Assembly: GCA_025786725.1 (NCBI GenBank)
Contig: JAHLTZ010000001.1
Location: 434,001-498,000, forward strand
Direction of reading: 5' to 3'
Origin: Syncephalis fuscata S228
Taxonomy: Eukaryota > Fungi > Zoopagomycota
Length of the DNA: 64,000 nucleotides
Part shown: piece by piece, positions 15,920-29,201 of the stretch
Layout of the letters: the number at the start of each line of letters is the position of its first letter
How positions within the stretch are numbered: the stretch's first letter is position 1
Notes under the pieces: model-generated
Told to the model about the DNA's origin: nothing
Seen by the model: the letters and a program-made list of their open reading frames with translations, nothing else
Database searches by the model: none
Made by a program: the position numbers and the translations under genes

Positions 15920-18900
15920 ATGGACAATAGTCAGCATCATAGCGCTGAATTGCGCACATTTTCCGCATCCGCATTAACATCAAGTGCCAGCATTGGAGGA
16001 GGAGAAGGAGGAGAAGCAGAAGCAGAAGAAGCATTACCACCAGTACCCGTCAATTCAACCATTTCTTTAACATCGCCATCGTCTACAACCCCGGCCACTT
16101 CATCAACTATTATTGCCAGTGCCAATAACATTGAAATTACAGAAATTGTCGCTGAATCACCCAATATTGTACAGCCTGATTTTACTGAATCAGATTCGAT
16201 TGAAATAGCTGGTTCAAAGGAACCAATCTATCCAGATATTGACGCGGCAGAGGCAATTATTCGACGTCGTTCACAACGCCGTTCCATCTCTTTGCTTTGC
16301 AAACTTTCTCGAAAATTAGGATGGGATAAAGCGGACACCCCTGCAACAGTAAATAACGACAGCACTATTGACATCAATTATGAAACGTCAATAGGCAACA
16401 CCACCAGATTCAATAATCATGAAACAAATAATGATGACTATGGTAAAGAAGAAGCAGGAGAGAAAGAGGAGGAAGCAGGTATACAAATTCTATTACCACA
16501 CACCTCTAAAAGTCCATTACCACCGAGTAATTCTATCCGTACATCACGCTATACTGCACTCAATTTCTTTCCACGTCAAATGGTGGCCCAATTCTCAAAG
16601 GTGGCCAATCTTTATTTTGTATTTATTTCAGCTCTTCAGCTTGTGCCCGATTGGTCACCAACCGGTAGATTCACCACTATACTACCGCTAACCATTTTTG
16701 TTGCTATTGCTATGGCCCATGAAGCCTACGATGATATTCGACGACACCGAATGGATAAAGTGGAGAATGAGCGTCGATGTGAAGTGCTACGTGTTTATCG
16801 TAACCGATCTACCATGAACCGTGCACCTACCATGACTTCAATGGATACAACAAGTGCCGCCGCCCAGCTTACATCAAATGGCAGCAGTATGGCTATTACT
16901 ATGCCTGAAACAACACCTGCCTGTGTTTGGCAGGACATTCGATGGCGTCAATTGGCAGTGGGCGATGTTGTGCGTATTAAACAAGATGACTGGATACCCG
17001 CCGATTTATTACTACTACATTCATCTCATGATGAGCATATGTGCTATGTAGAAACGGCTGCATTAGATGGTGAAACGAATTTAAAAGAAATGCGTGTACC
17101 TGAAGCACTTTATGGACAGAGTAATACACCAGAACAAATAGCTGATCTAAGTGGCAAGTTGTTAATAAATAACAATAATAATAATTTATACTAATAATAT
17201 GTATTGATATTTTATTTAAATAGGTTATGTACAAGTTGAAGATCCAAACGACGATCTTTACGACTTTAATGGATGTCTTCGCTTCTACAGCAATGCAGCC
17301 CAGGCAAAAAGACAGCCATCGGCCAATTCTAATGATATGACCAACAATACGGTTAGCCGTCATTCTAGTGCTCATTCAACACGTAAATCAGTATCAAAAG
17401 CCGCAGTTCATTTGTCGTTATTATCGCGTGCATCATTGGATATTCGTAATTTGTTATTACGTGGAACAATTCTTCGTAACACACCATACGTCTACGGATT
17501 AGTCGTTTATTCGGGTGAACAAACAAAAATTCGTCAAAATGCTTTGAAAAATGCTCGAACAAAAGCACCAATGTTGCAACGACAAGTCAATCGTGCCGTC
17601 ATTTCTGTATTTGCACTCCTACTTGTTCTAGCCTCGTTGATGACTATTATGCAGTCAGCATGGCTTAAAAAGACCAGAGCAGCTTATTTACCACATGACC
17701 ATTCGGCCAAATCAATTGTTGGCGTCTTTTTCAGCTTTACAGTTCTATTCAACACAGTCATTCCTATTTCGTTATATGTTACACTAGAATTGGTAAAGGT
17801 TATCCAGGCCTATTTAATTGGACAGGATATTGAAATGTACGACCCAGCATCCGACACACCGGCCGAGGCACGTACAAGTGCTATTAACGAAGATTTAGGC
17901 CAGGTACGCTATGTATTTTCAGATAAGACCGGTACTTTGACAGAGAATGTTATGGAGTTCCGTGCTTGTTCTGTGGCCGGCGTTGCTTATCGAAGCACCA
18001 CGGCTACGCCTAACGAGTTGTCTACGACTACTACAGGCGAAGAAGGCTGTCCATTACCTATGTCGACCGTCGTATCAAACATATTGACTTCACGGGCCAT
18101 TACTCGAGTTGAAAGTAACGAGTGGTGGTTTTTACGTGCACTTAGTCTGTGTCATTCGGTAGTACCGAGTATCGAATCAGATCCAACAAGCGGAGAAGAG
18201 ATTGCCATTCATTATCAAAGTCCTTCGCCGGACGAACATGCTTTGGTTGGTGGTGCAAAAGACTTTGGATTTGAATTACGTGAACGTCAAGGACAACGAC
18301 TTAAATTACGTATCAGAACTGATACTGTAGCTTCTATGCCACCTACCGAAAACGATGTTACCACGCCAAGTTCGCCAGTGGCATCTCTATCACCTTTATT
18401 AAGCTCAAGTGCTATTACTGATACGCTACACTCACCAAATAACATTCTATTACCACATGATTTACTTGATGGTCATCATTACACAGCTGGACGAGATGGA
18501 CATGGTATAACGGAAGAATACCAAATACTTGATGAGCTAGCATTTTCAAGTCGTCGTAAGCGTATGTCGGTTGTTGTTCGTCTATTTGATGGTCGTTTAG
18601 TGCTGTTTTCCAAGGGTGCCGATAGTGTTATGCTTAATCTACTGGCTCATTCGCCGAATACCGCTGTGGATACAACAGCAGCAAATGAAAAGAAATCTAC
18701 TTTAAGTGAAACAGGCACTGATGAACGTAGTATGGCAAAAGAACGACAAACACTACACCATCTAGAGCAATTTGCTCAAGTTGGTCTACGCACATTGGTT
18801 TATGCCTATCGATTTTTGGATCAAGAGGAGTACACAACATGGCATAAACAATATGCAGATGCTCAAGCAGCCATTACTGATCGAGTTCAACGAATGGAGG

Positions 18901-20585
18901 CTGTTATGGATCTACTAGAACGCCCGTGTTCATCCACTGGTCAAGGATTACGTATGTGTGGTATTACCGCAGTTGAAGATCGACTACAACCAGGTGTACC
19001 CGAAACTATTGCTGCTTTACGTCGAGCTGGTATCGGTGTATTTATGCTAACCGGCGATAAACTAGAGACAGCCGTCAATATTGGTCGATCCTGTTCGCTT
19101 ATTTCATCCAAGGCTCGTTTAATCACCATTTGCGGTGAAACATTATGTGAGCAAAATGGTCATAGGCCAGATAATACGCGCAATGATGCCAGCAACACTG
19201 AAGCGGCAGCTGCTTTAGCCGTAAGAAGTCAGCTAGAATGGGCGCGTGACAACCTACCTTGGTCTTCACGCAATACATTATTCACTACTGGTCGTAAATT
19301 AGGTGCTAAGCCTACCGTTACTCGAGATGGTACAGGCTATGTACTGGTTATAGACGGTACTGCTCTACAACTATGTCGCAACGATCCAGTAGCCAATAAT
19401 GTTATTGTCGAACTGGCCTCAGTTTGTGATTCGGTTATTTGCTGTCGAGTATCGCCATGTCAAAAGGCCACTGTCGTACAGCTTATACGTAAAGAACACC
19501 CGCAAGCAGTTACTCTGGCTATTGGTGATGGTGGCAACGACATTGCCATGATCCAAGAAGCCCACGTTGGTATTGGTATTACAGGTCGTGAAGGTTTACA
19601 AGCAGCTCGTGCTAGTGATTATAGCATTGCTCGATTCCGATTTCTACAACGTCTGCTATTTGTTCATGGCCATTGGTCTTATGTGCGAGTGTCTAAATTT
19701 ACACTTGGTACATTCTACAAGTGCATTGCTTTTTATTTGACTCAAGGATCTTTTCAAGCATTTACCGGCTTTAGCGGCACTAGTCTTTACGAGCAATGGA
19801 CGCTTAGTCTTTACAATACGCTCTTTTCCGCATTACCTGTCATTATTTTGGGCGTTACCGAGCAGGATTTGTCAGCGGCAACACTAATGCGTGTACCTGA
19901 GCTCTATCGCATGGGCCAGACCAATACAATGTTTAATATGAGGCGATTCTGGTCATCAATGCTTCATGGTATGGGCCAGTCAATCAGTCTTACACTTATT
20001 CCGTTCGTTGTTTATGGTGGATTACCCGGTGGACTCTCACGCTATTCTTCACCACAACTATTCCAAGTAGGCATTGTTGTTTATACATCGGTCGTATTGG
20101 CCGTTAATGTTAAAGTAGCGCTACTTGATGCCAATTACTGGTCATGGCTTACCGCAGTGGGTATTATCGTTGAAACGGCAGCCTGGTTTCTATTTCAAAT
20201 GGTTTACGCAATGATTTATCCGGCCAGTGGCTCTTCAATGGGCTACGATGTACATGGTCAATTTATACAAGCTGCTTCACAATACCAGTTCTGGGCACTT
20301 GTTATTATCAATTGCACCATTGTATTAATACCAGAAATCATTGTACGCACGCTTAAAACGAGTTGGCATCCCACCGACGTAGCCATCTTTCAACAACTTG
20401 AATATGAACAACGACAACAGTGTAAAAACCCCGCCGTCAATGCATCAGTTAGTAGAACTGGAACACAACGTGAACCACTCTCTACATCTTCACAGTTAAA
20501 CAATGCTACTACAGCCCGTGAATCGGCGATGCTTGGCCTTGTAACTTCGCATCACAATTCAAAACTAGAAGAATTTTCTTACTAG
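15920..20585 (+). CDS. P4-type ATPase phospholipid flippase, Dnf3-like (2 exons; GC-AG intron 17154-17223)
   Basis: NSIRTSRYT, YVETAALDGETNLK, FSDKTGTLT, LTGDKLETA, IGDGGND motifs. Removing 17154-17223 joins DLSG-YVQVEDPNDDLYDFNG in frame. Confidence 0.9.
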
Positions 20586-20883
20586 CATATCATCTTATTG
20601 CATTTTTATCTGTTATGTTTTAAAGAAGTTATACGACAATGTCGAATCATTTCTATTATATCAAGTATACATTTATTAATAAATATTAATAATTAACCAT
20701 TTGATGCCACGTCATCATTGAACAATATGTAATACAACAGCAATGAAAATAAAAGCAAGTCACTTGCGAATTACGTATATACTAATAACATAGACAATAC
20801 CCATTTGCGTATACATTAAATTGCCTCTTTCTATTATTGTTTTTTTGTCAAAGGTTTTGTTTGATAGTATATTGAATAGTAAT

Positions 20884-21738
20884 ATGAATTCTATACTACC
20901 CGAAAATGACTGGATTATGGTCCAGAACCTTACTGTTCAGGCCACTGTCGGTCTAGATGCATGGGAAAGGGAGGTGCCACAGCCAATTGTCGTATCGATG
21001 GCTGCTCAGATTAATGTGACACTGGCTGGCGAGAGTGATTTACTTGATCATTCAGTCAGTTATGGTGATTTAACAAGAGTAGCGCAAAAGTTGACTAAAA
21101 CAACGGATTATGCATCGATGGACGCATTGGCCAATATACTCGCTCATCATCTACTTTACACGTATAAAATGATTGAACGTATTTATATACGTATTGAAAA
21201 GCCTGAAGCATTACTACATGCTGAAATGGCCGGTCTTCAAATAGAACGCACACTTAAAGACTTTGTGCCCGTTACCGATAATGATTGTGTTCATCTGACT
21301 GGAAAACTTGCCAAAGATAATAACAGTAATGATGATACAACCACATACAATACTATTTATCGAAGACACGATCAGATATTCGTTAAAGCACTACGCATCA
21401 ACACGATTATTGGCATCCATCCTTGGGAACGACTAAAGAAGCAAGCGATACTCGTTAGTCTTTCTCTTTATCCGGATCTGAAACGACCATTATCGCTATC
21501 GTTAAGCGGATCAACTCCTTCGGCCAATAGTTCTGACTTTTATATTATTTCTCAAAAGGTAATGGAACGTATTGAGCATAGCAGTTACCAAACGGTAGAA
21601 GCCATGGCCACCACGATTGCCGCCATTTGCAACGATGAGTGCGGCATGTTAAAAACGACCGTCCTTATTGAGAAGCCGAGTGCACTAAGATTTGCATGTG
21701 CAGCAGTGCAAATTACTCGTAGTCGTACGGATATTTAA
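20884..21738 (+). CDS. Dihydroneopterin aldolase with two tandem FolB domains (stand-alone)
   Basis: Two FolB repeats: VGLDAWERE.PQPI..SVSYG..EKPEA and IIGIHPWERLKKQ..YQTVEA..EKPSAL. Stop follows the second domain. Confidence 0.85.
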   Translation: MNSILPENDWIMVQNLTVQATVGLDAWEREVPQPIVVSMAAQINVTLAGESDLLDHSVSYGDLTRVAQKLTKTTDYASMDALANILAHHLLYTYKMIERIYIRIEKPEALLHAEMAGLQIERTLKDFVPVTDNDCVHLTGKLAKDNNSNDDTTTYNTIYRRHDQIFVKALRINTIIGIHPWERLKKQAILVSLSLYPDLKRPLSLSLSGSTPSANSSDFYIISQKVMERIEHSSYQTVEAMATTIAAICNDECGMLKTTVLIEKPSALRFACAAVQITRSRTDI

Positions 21739-21966
21739 ATCAATTAATAAAAAAATGGTTTTCCATCATCGTGCTATTACCGAAATAGTGCTGTAGAATT
21801 TAAAAGTGTCTATTGCCATGTTGTACTTCTAATTATAGACAAAAGAGGATTCTTTTGTATAAATTACTTATTGAAGTGGTCATTTTGATACTATGTTATT
21901 TCACCGCTCTTAACCTTTCACTCTACTACTCTATCAATTTACGCTTAGACACAGGTCTACACTACA

Positions 21967-22455
21967 ATGATGTTTGCCCGCTTTATGATGATAGCTATAT
22001 TTATGGCATTGGCTATGCTAGTCAATGTTCATGCAGAGGACACTGCAGATCCAGCAGTTTTATTAGAAACAATGATAAACAGTTTCCGTACTACTAACGG
22101 GCTTAAACCATTGACATCCGACCACTTTCTTACCAAGAATGCTAAAGAACATACAACGCACATGGCCAGTATATTAACACTTTCTCAATCCTCTCCCAGT
22201 TTACAGCGCTCTTTATTTAGCAATGCTGCTGATGGAAGAGAGCTACTTAGTTATCGTCAGTTTATTTCCGACCATTCGGATGCTCAGTCCGTCCTTAATG
22301 CTTGGACCAGTGGTTCACCAAAGGAAAATAGTCCATTTATGTCAAAGGATTTGACGCATATCGGTGTGGCTCATGAAACTGCCCATGCATCGGAGGATGG
22401 CAAACCAGTCACTATTCATTACTGGACGGCGATTCTTGGCAAATTTACAGCATAA
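21967..22455 (+). CDS. Secreted CAP/SCP (PR-1-like) domain protein
   Basis: Signal peptide; INSFR..NGLKPL, A..H...MA, LNAW..S, THIGVA...YWTAILG pattern typical of CAP domains. Confidence 0.75.
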   Translation: MMFARFMMIAIFMALAMLVNVHAEDTADPAVLLETMINSFRTTNGLKPLTSDHFLTKNAKEHTTHMASILTLSQSSPSLQRSLFSNAADGRELLSYRQFISDHSDAQSVLNAWTSGSPKENSPFMSKDLTHIGVAHETAHASEDGKPVTIHYWTAILGKFTA

Positions 22456-22651
22456 AATCCTAGTTCAATAAATAGCTTACGTATTTACACATAAAATGAT
22501 TTATTTATACTAGAATATTATTTAAATAAGTAGTAATAATATATATTTATCTATGTATGTATTAGCAATTAAATAGATATAAACTTTGTAACACCATAAT
22601 GACATCTAATAATAATTGACACCTTTATTTTTATTATTTACATTACAAACC

Positions 22652-24488
22652 ATGAATTCTATAAAAATCTTACAACGAGATGAATCTATACGTTGCTATT
22701 CAGAGCATCACTTACGCGGCGTACTACAGTTCCTCGGCTGTAAACAAAGCCGCACGCCAGGTATTGCCGGTATGTTTATTCTAGATTATGGCTATTTTTC
22801 CAATAACAGCCGGCTTGGCTATCTAGCTGCTATTCTTGAAAGAACACACGAATATTTGCTACGGTCAACGTCTAAGCAGGAGAACGGTCAGAATATCGAC
22901 TATATTAGCCGTGAAGTGTTCCAGCAATGTGTGCAGACTGTGTTAACAGAATGGCATTATCACTTACCAGAATCTCATCAACAACTAGCATGGAGTGTAC
23001 GTAATAGAGAAAGGGGAATTTGTATTTTGTTAGGTGGCACGTCAGGCTGTGGTAAATCAACACTGGCCTCTCTTTTAGCCAGTCGGTAAGTAACAAAAAT
23101 GACATAATGAGCTGTACTAAATAGCGTATTGCTACTACTACATCAGATTAGGGATCACTACGGTGCTGTCAACCGATAATATCCGAAATGTTTTACGTAG
23201 TTTTATTAGTGAAGAAGATAATCCCGTGCTATGGGCATCATCCTATCATGCTGGTGAATCGAGTATCGATGATTTAGAAGATACTAGAACGAATGAAGAG
23301 CGGGTAAGTGTTTGTAGTCATTAATTCTAGTATTTATGGTTGTATAGGTCATTCATGGCTATCAAAGTCAAACAGAGACTATTTATCCACAGTTAAGAGA
23401 AACAGTTCGTCGATTATTAGGCAGAAATGAATCGGTTATTATTGAGGCAAGTATATCTATAATATTGCTAATATTATTAACAGTAAATGTATTAGGGCGT
23501 ACATCTTTCAGTTGATGTTATGATACGTTTGGCCAAAGAATTCTCAATGTGTCTGCCATTTGTCATTTATATCAACAAAGAGGTAAGTAGTTGTTATTGC
23601 AGTAATAGCATAGACGGCATACTAAGCACTAGATGATGATAAAGGCTAAACATGCAGAAAGATTTGCTACAAGGGCAAAATACATGACACTCGAACCAAG
23701 ATTTAATAAATATATGAAATACTTTGAAAATATTCGAATGATTCAAAGTCATTTATGTAGAAAGGCTGACGTTCATTTAGTAATTATTATTATTTAACAT
23801 ATATTACGTGTATTATACTAACTAGCTGTTAATAACTAGGTGCCCAAAATGGATAATACAAACGTTGATCAAAGTTTGGCGGTCATTCATTCTACTATGG
23901 TATGTAGTATATAGATTGATATTATATATATATATATATAAACTTATTAATAATGTATTTGAACATAGCTCAATGTACTATCTCGTATAATGAATGAATC
24001 TAACATTCAATTAGTAGATGACACTACCAATGCTACTTCTATGCTACATGAAGAATATGAACGAATGAGAAATAATAGTCGTAATTCAAAAGCTATGATG
24101 CTTCGTATGATACGTGAACGAGTAAGTCAATTATATAATATTATGGCTCATACTTATATTTAACAACTAGCCAACCCTTGGTTCTACATCAACTGATCCT
24201 GAATTACCAGTAACAGCAATAGAAACAACAGCAGAAACAGAGGCAGAAGTAACAACAACAACAACAACAACTGTAACAGCTGTAACATCAGACCCATTAA
24301 TAACCAGTAATACTTCAACTGATCCATCAACGGATACAACTGATAACAATGAACAGGAAATGAGTAGCCATGAAGAGGATGATATTAATGATACTACTGA
24401 TATAGATACATCCTCTAATGGCAGTAGTAGAATAAGAGACTTTATTCATTTCTTGGATGAAGTAGATTATGGTTCTTTAGGATCTTAG
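22652..24488 (+). CDS. P-loop NTPase, 2-phosphoglycerate kinase / plant LPA1-like (multi-exon)
   Basis: [82 protein letters not shown]. Confidence 0.85.
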
Positions 24489-24544
24489 CGCTATACATAT
24501 TCATGTAGTTATTCAAATAGATTTTATTTTGTTTATTTAATTGG

Positions 24545-25990
24545 CTATACATTTTGATTATTTTGTTCAATTAATAGTTTTTGACTATTAATAAGCTGTG
24601 TTACTATAAATTGATCTACTACTAAAATGTCGTCTTTACAATCTAGTAATTCATTAATGACCCTTAACAGCTGTTCTAGTGTAAATGAACGCATACATAA
24701 CTCTGCTTCACAGAGTTGAATGGATGGTCGCCAAGTCACTTGATCATCCCAATGATGATCATGTGTACTCATCGTATCTTTACCTAGAAATCGATTAGTG
24801 GCCATAATAAGCATTTGGGCAAAGTCTCCATAATGCCAGCCACTATTCGCACGTAGAATGACTTGACAATAGCATCAAATTCATCCATATCACTACAATC
24901 GCGTAATGCATATCGTACATCCTTTAGATCAGCCTTTAAACATTGATAAAGTGGCAATAGATTGGCAGCATTCAACCAATTATGATTGATTGATATCGTG
25001 TTGCCCTACAAGTAAATAGATTAATTAGATCATAATATTACTGTTATAAGACGTACTATATTTTCTACTTGATGATACCATCCTGTAGGTACTAGAAATG
25101 TTAAATACAATTAATCAATACACTTGCCTATTAATTACATCTAATTTACCAAAAATGTTTCTCCAGGTTCTTGTATGATGACTACTCTTTTTGCTTGATT
25201 AAATGTAGGAAATCGGTGTGGATCTACACATCTTATATCTTCAATTAATTGACCATAGTTATCATAAAAGTGTATTTCTTCACCGGGCGGGAAGAGTGTC
25301 CAACGTTTACGACCACAAATATTGGCACTCCAAGAAAATGATCTTTTAAATGTTACATTACTAATACAATATAACTATACAATTAAATAACTTTACCTAA
25401 ATACATCAGTATGTAAGGGTGTCCATGTACCGTCACCTCCCATATAGACGAAGCGATAATCATCGTCAATATCAACCCGTTGATCCCAGAACCGATTTAA
25501 CCAATCATCTATAGTATCTAGTATATGAATAGGTTGACTATGTACTAAATATGTTAAATCTACCTTGAAATAAAGGGGAAGGAGAGTAGAGTGGCTCATG
25601 AGGAAAAGTACGTTGAAAATGCCAATCTTTTAGATAAAAGCGCCGTCTACATGCTAGCGTAGTATTAATGTCGTCTGTATTTGGTGTTTGCCAGTAGGTA
25701 AGAAACTGCTTAAAAGTCATTTGCTTTGTTGAGTCTGTCGTCTCGTCTAGATTAGTTGCCTGTTGAACTGCTGCTACAGCTTTACATAGAGTAACCGTTA
25801 CAGGTGTTTGACCGAATCGAGTCCGCAACCAATCTATACGCGGCTCTGACGTATGGGTCAACCAACGACTGAATACCGGCCAGTGTCGAGTAAGAGCAGG
25901 TCCAATAATTACTGGCCGATTAGTACGCAAATACTCGTGAACAAAGGTCAATACGTCAAGTTGTTCACGACGATCTATAACCACTGACAT
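24545..25990 (-). CDS. JMJD4: JmjC-domain 2OG/Fe(II) oxygenase, JMJD4-like (multi-exon)
   Basis: FYLKDWH, DWLN, DDYRFVYMG..GTWTPLHTDVFRSFSWSANICGRKRW, QEPGET.FVP.GWYHQVEN...TISINHNWLNA. Confidence 0.88.
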
Positions 25991-26823
25991 ATTAACAGTA
26001 GATATGTTCAAGTAGTCGTCTGTTATTATTATAGATAAAATATTAATAACGACTAAATATAATTCAAAACTCAGATAAAACAAATTTGTATTATTATCCC
26101 ATCACTCATACTAGTTATAGTAGGAAGTTAGTATCAACTATTGTTACACATTTAAAAAGTACCTCACGTGAATACTTGTCTGTATAAAACACTTGACATT
26201 AATAATGCCATTATGAATAACTAATAACGATCATTAGTATATTGGCATACTATTAATGAATTATGTCATATATTAGCTGATTTCTTAAGACGGAGATTCA
26301 TGCTCTATTAGTATTGACTGGATTGAGCGGTGTCTTTAATTCGATCACGTCGATGGTCATGTCTCCTTTTTGTATAGTCATATTTCCACAATAGCGTACA
26401 GCCTTGACTTTTATGCTCTCCCTCTCTTTCTCTCTCTATCGCTTGTCTACTTCACAGTCCAGAATTCATTCTTTTGCTCTGTGCCTTTGTTTGCATTATC
26501 GTTTTGTTGTACGCATAACCGTGTAACCTGCGATTGCCAAGACTTGCATTATTATTGTAGCAGCCCCAAGGTAAGAAACTTGTGGTATAGTATGTACAAA
26601 CATCTGCAATGGCCCATGCCGTTTTACAATGGACTTGAGGCCGAGATGTGGCTTTGTCGCTTCTTAGCCTGTTTTCTAATATTGACTACTTAGATCTCAT
26701 CTTCATCTCTACTACTACTACTTTCAAATAACACCAAGCGATAGAGATTAAGCAATATATACTATTGCTTGGTGTATTTTTAAAACACGGCTGCCTACTA
26801 TCAGCCATACTGTCTATACAGCT

Positions 26824-28384
26824 ATGAGTCGGAATCGCACTCAGGCTGCTGCAAGGGCCGAGCGTGTACCGGAGTTTCTACGCGCCGTGTATTCAGGCGA
26901 TAATTCTCCTGAAGGGCAGGCCAAGGTTGTAAAAGCATTCCAAGAGCTGCAAGACGATGAAGACCGTCACCAGTCCAATGCTATGGATGATCCCACTGGA
27001 GAGGATCCATACAGCTGGTCGGTGGCAATCGAGCAGGACAACCGTGAGCTAAATCGCTACTCTAATATACTGCCGTACAATCAAACACGCGTTCTTTTAG
27101 CACCAATTCGTAATCCAGAAACGGGTGCTGTCGTTCATGGCGACTACATCAATGCCAGCTGGGTACGGCCACCAGGGGTATAAGAAGCTATATTGCCACA
27201 CAGGGCCCATTGCAGCGGACCGTTGTCGACTTTTGGCGTATGGTATGGCAAGAGAAGGCACGAGTACTTGTAATGTTGACGGATACCCACGAGCGTGGAA
27301 AAGCCAAATGCAACACTTATTGGCCGGTCCATGTCGGTGATACACTTACCTTTGAGACGGCAGGTTTACAAATCAAGCTACTTAGTGAAGAGAAGGCGTT
27401 AAATGGTGAAGCGGTCGTTCGTCGTATGGAAATTATTCGACGTCCACCCAATCTAGCCGGTCTTTCATCTAACCCAAATTCATCGTTATTGTCGACACGT
27501 AGCGATGAAGATGGTCATCCTCGTCCAAACCGGCCACCACGTCGTTCAAAAGATCTGGGACCACCGGATCGTAGTAGTCTATTACTTAAAGATCTGCGTG
27601 CACCAGCTATACGTTTGGCACCACCACCACCGCGTACACGCTTGAATGCCCATCTTCAACAGCCACCACCTACAGCAGGACTGACTGAATCGATTAATAT
27701 ACCAAATAAACGATTGGCCAATGAAGAAAGTAAAGGCACTAAGCTTACAGGATCAGCTCCTACAGCACCACCAGCCAACTTTATGCTTTCTAAACCGCCA
27801 CCAGCTCGTAAAGTTAAGAAAACAAAAAGTCCATCTCCAATTGCCATCAATACTACTACCAATACCACTACCGATACTACCATTAATACCACCACAAATA
27901 CCATTACCGATACTGACATTAATAACGATAGTGGTGATGGTGCTATTACAGTTGATAATAAGAATACTACAGCTGTCAATGTTAATGTGACAACTAGCGA
28001 TAAACCAACTACATTAATGGGTAGATCTAAATTTAAAGCACTTAGTATGTTTAAAAATGGATCAACAACAGAATCTACTTCTACAACAACAATAACAACT
28101 AATCAATCTGAAAATAATGACATCAATGGTCGGTCCAATAAATCACAAGCTACTAATAATCTATTTCGTGGTATTGGTGATTGGTTTCAATGGCTGACAC
28201 GCGTCAATAATGCACAAGAACGCCAAGAGCATGGTGCAAATAATAGTGCACAACCACCGCAACAACTTATTACAAGATCTTCATCTTTACCAGCACTTGG
28301 TCAAAAGATTAGTACATTGACTGCTTCAACAGATTTAACAAGTATTCAAGAAACAGTCGCTACTACTACTACTACTACTACTAC

Positions 28385-28416
<32 letters not shown>

Positions 28417-29201
28417 GTAATCCAAGTGAAAAACTAGTTATTAATACTAACAACATTAATAATAATGTTAATATTAGTAATGATAATAATCCAACTAGTC
28501 TAGATAACACTATTAAGCCAGTACAACTTACAGCAAGTCAAGCACGAAATCGAATGAGCGCACCACCTGCCTCTGCCCCTCTACCTGATTTCTCATCAGT
28601 CTTCACTCATGACGATGTTGTTATGAGTCCACCACCAGCAAGTGCATCGGTCCATAATGCCGAACCAGATCCAAATATGCTTAGTCCAATGATTGTACAT
28701 GATCAGGACCCAACGGCAGCAATAGCCGCTACAGCAGCATTAGCCGCCGGTATTAATAATGACCATGACAATCTAAGTGCACTTGCTTCCTCAATGGAGG
28801 AACACCTTGGCAATGAACCCCTCGTGCAACATGCCATCATTACACAGATTCACTATTTAGGTTGGCCAGACCATGGTGTACCTGAACAGCCAGACGGTGT
28901 TCTACGACTTATTCGACTGGTCAATAAAGAACAAGGGGCAAGTGATTCTTCCGGTCCGGTCGTTGTCCACTGCAGTGCAGGCTGTGGCCGTACCGGTACT
29001 TTCTGTGTCATTGACTCGGCCATTGCTATTATTACAGCCACCCGCGATGGTTCAGTAGATCTAGTCCATCAATTAACCCGGCATTTCCGTACCCAGCGAT
29101 GCACTATGGTGCAAACATCGCAGCAATACTGGTTTTGCTATGTAGCTGTACTACGCCGACTACTTAACATGCTACAGCGAAATCGATCGATGTCTCTTTA
29201 A
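26824..29201 (+). CDS. Classical protein tyrosine phosphatase with a large low-complexity insertion; 1-nt frameshift at ~27177 (G run)
   Basis: [67 protein letters not shown]. Confidence 0.9.

Noticed and set aside
27170-27190. Programmed frameshift or stop readthrough in the PTP (and eIF4G)
   Set aside because: No slippery heptamer or structure seen; the same 1-nt homopolymer loss occurs in several unrelated genes.
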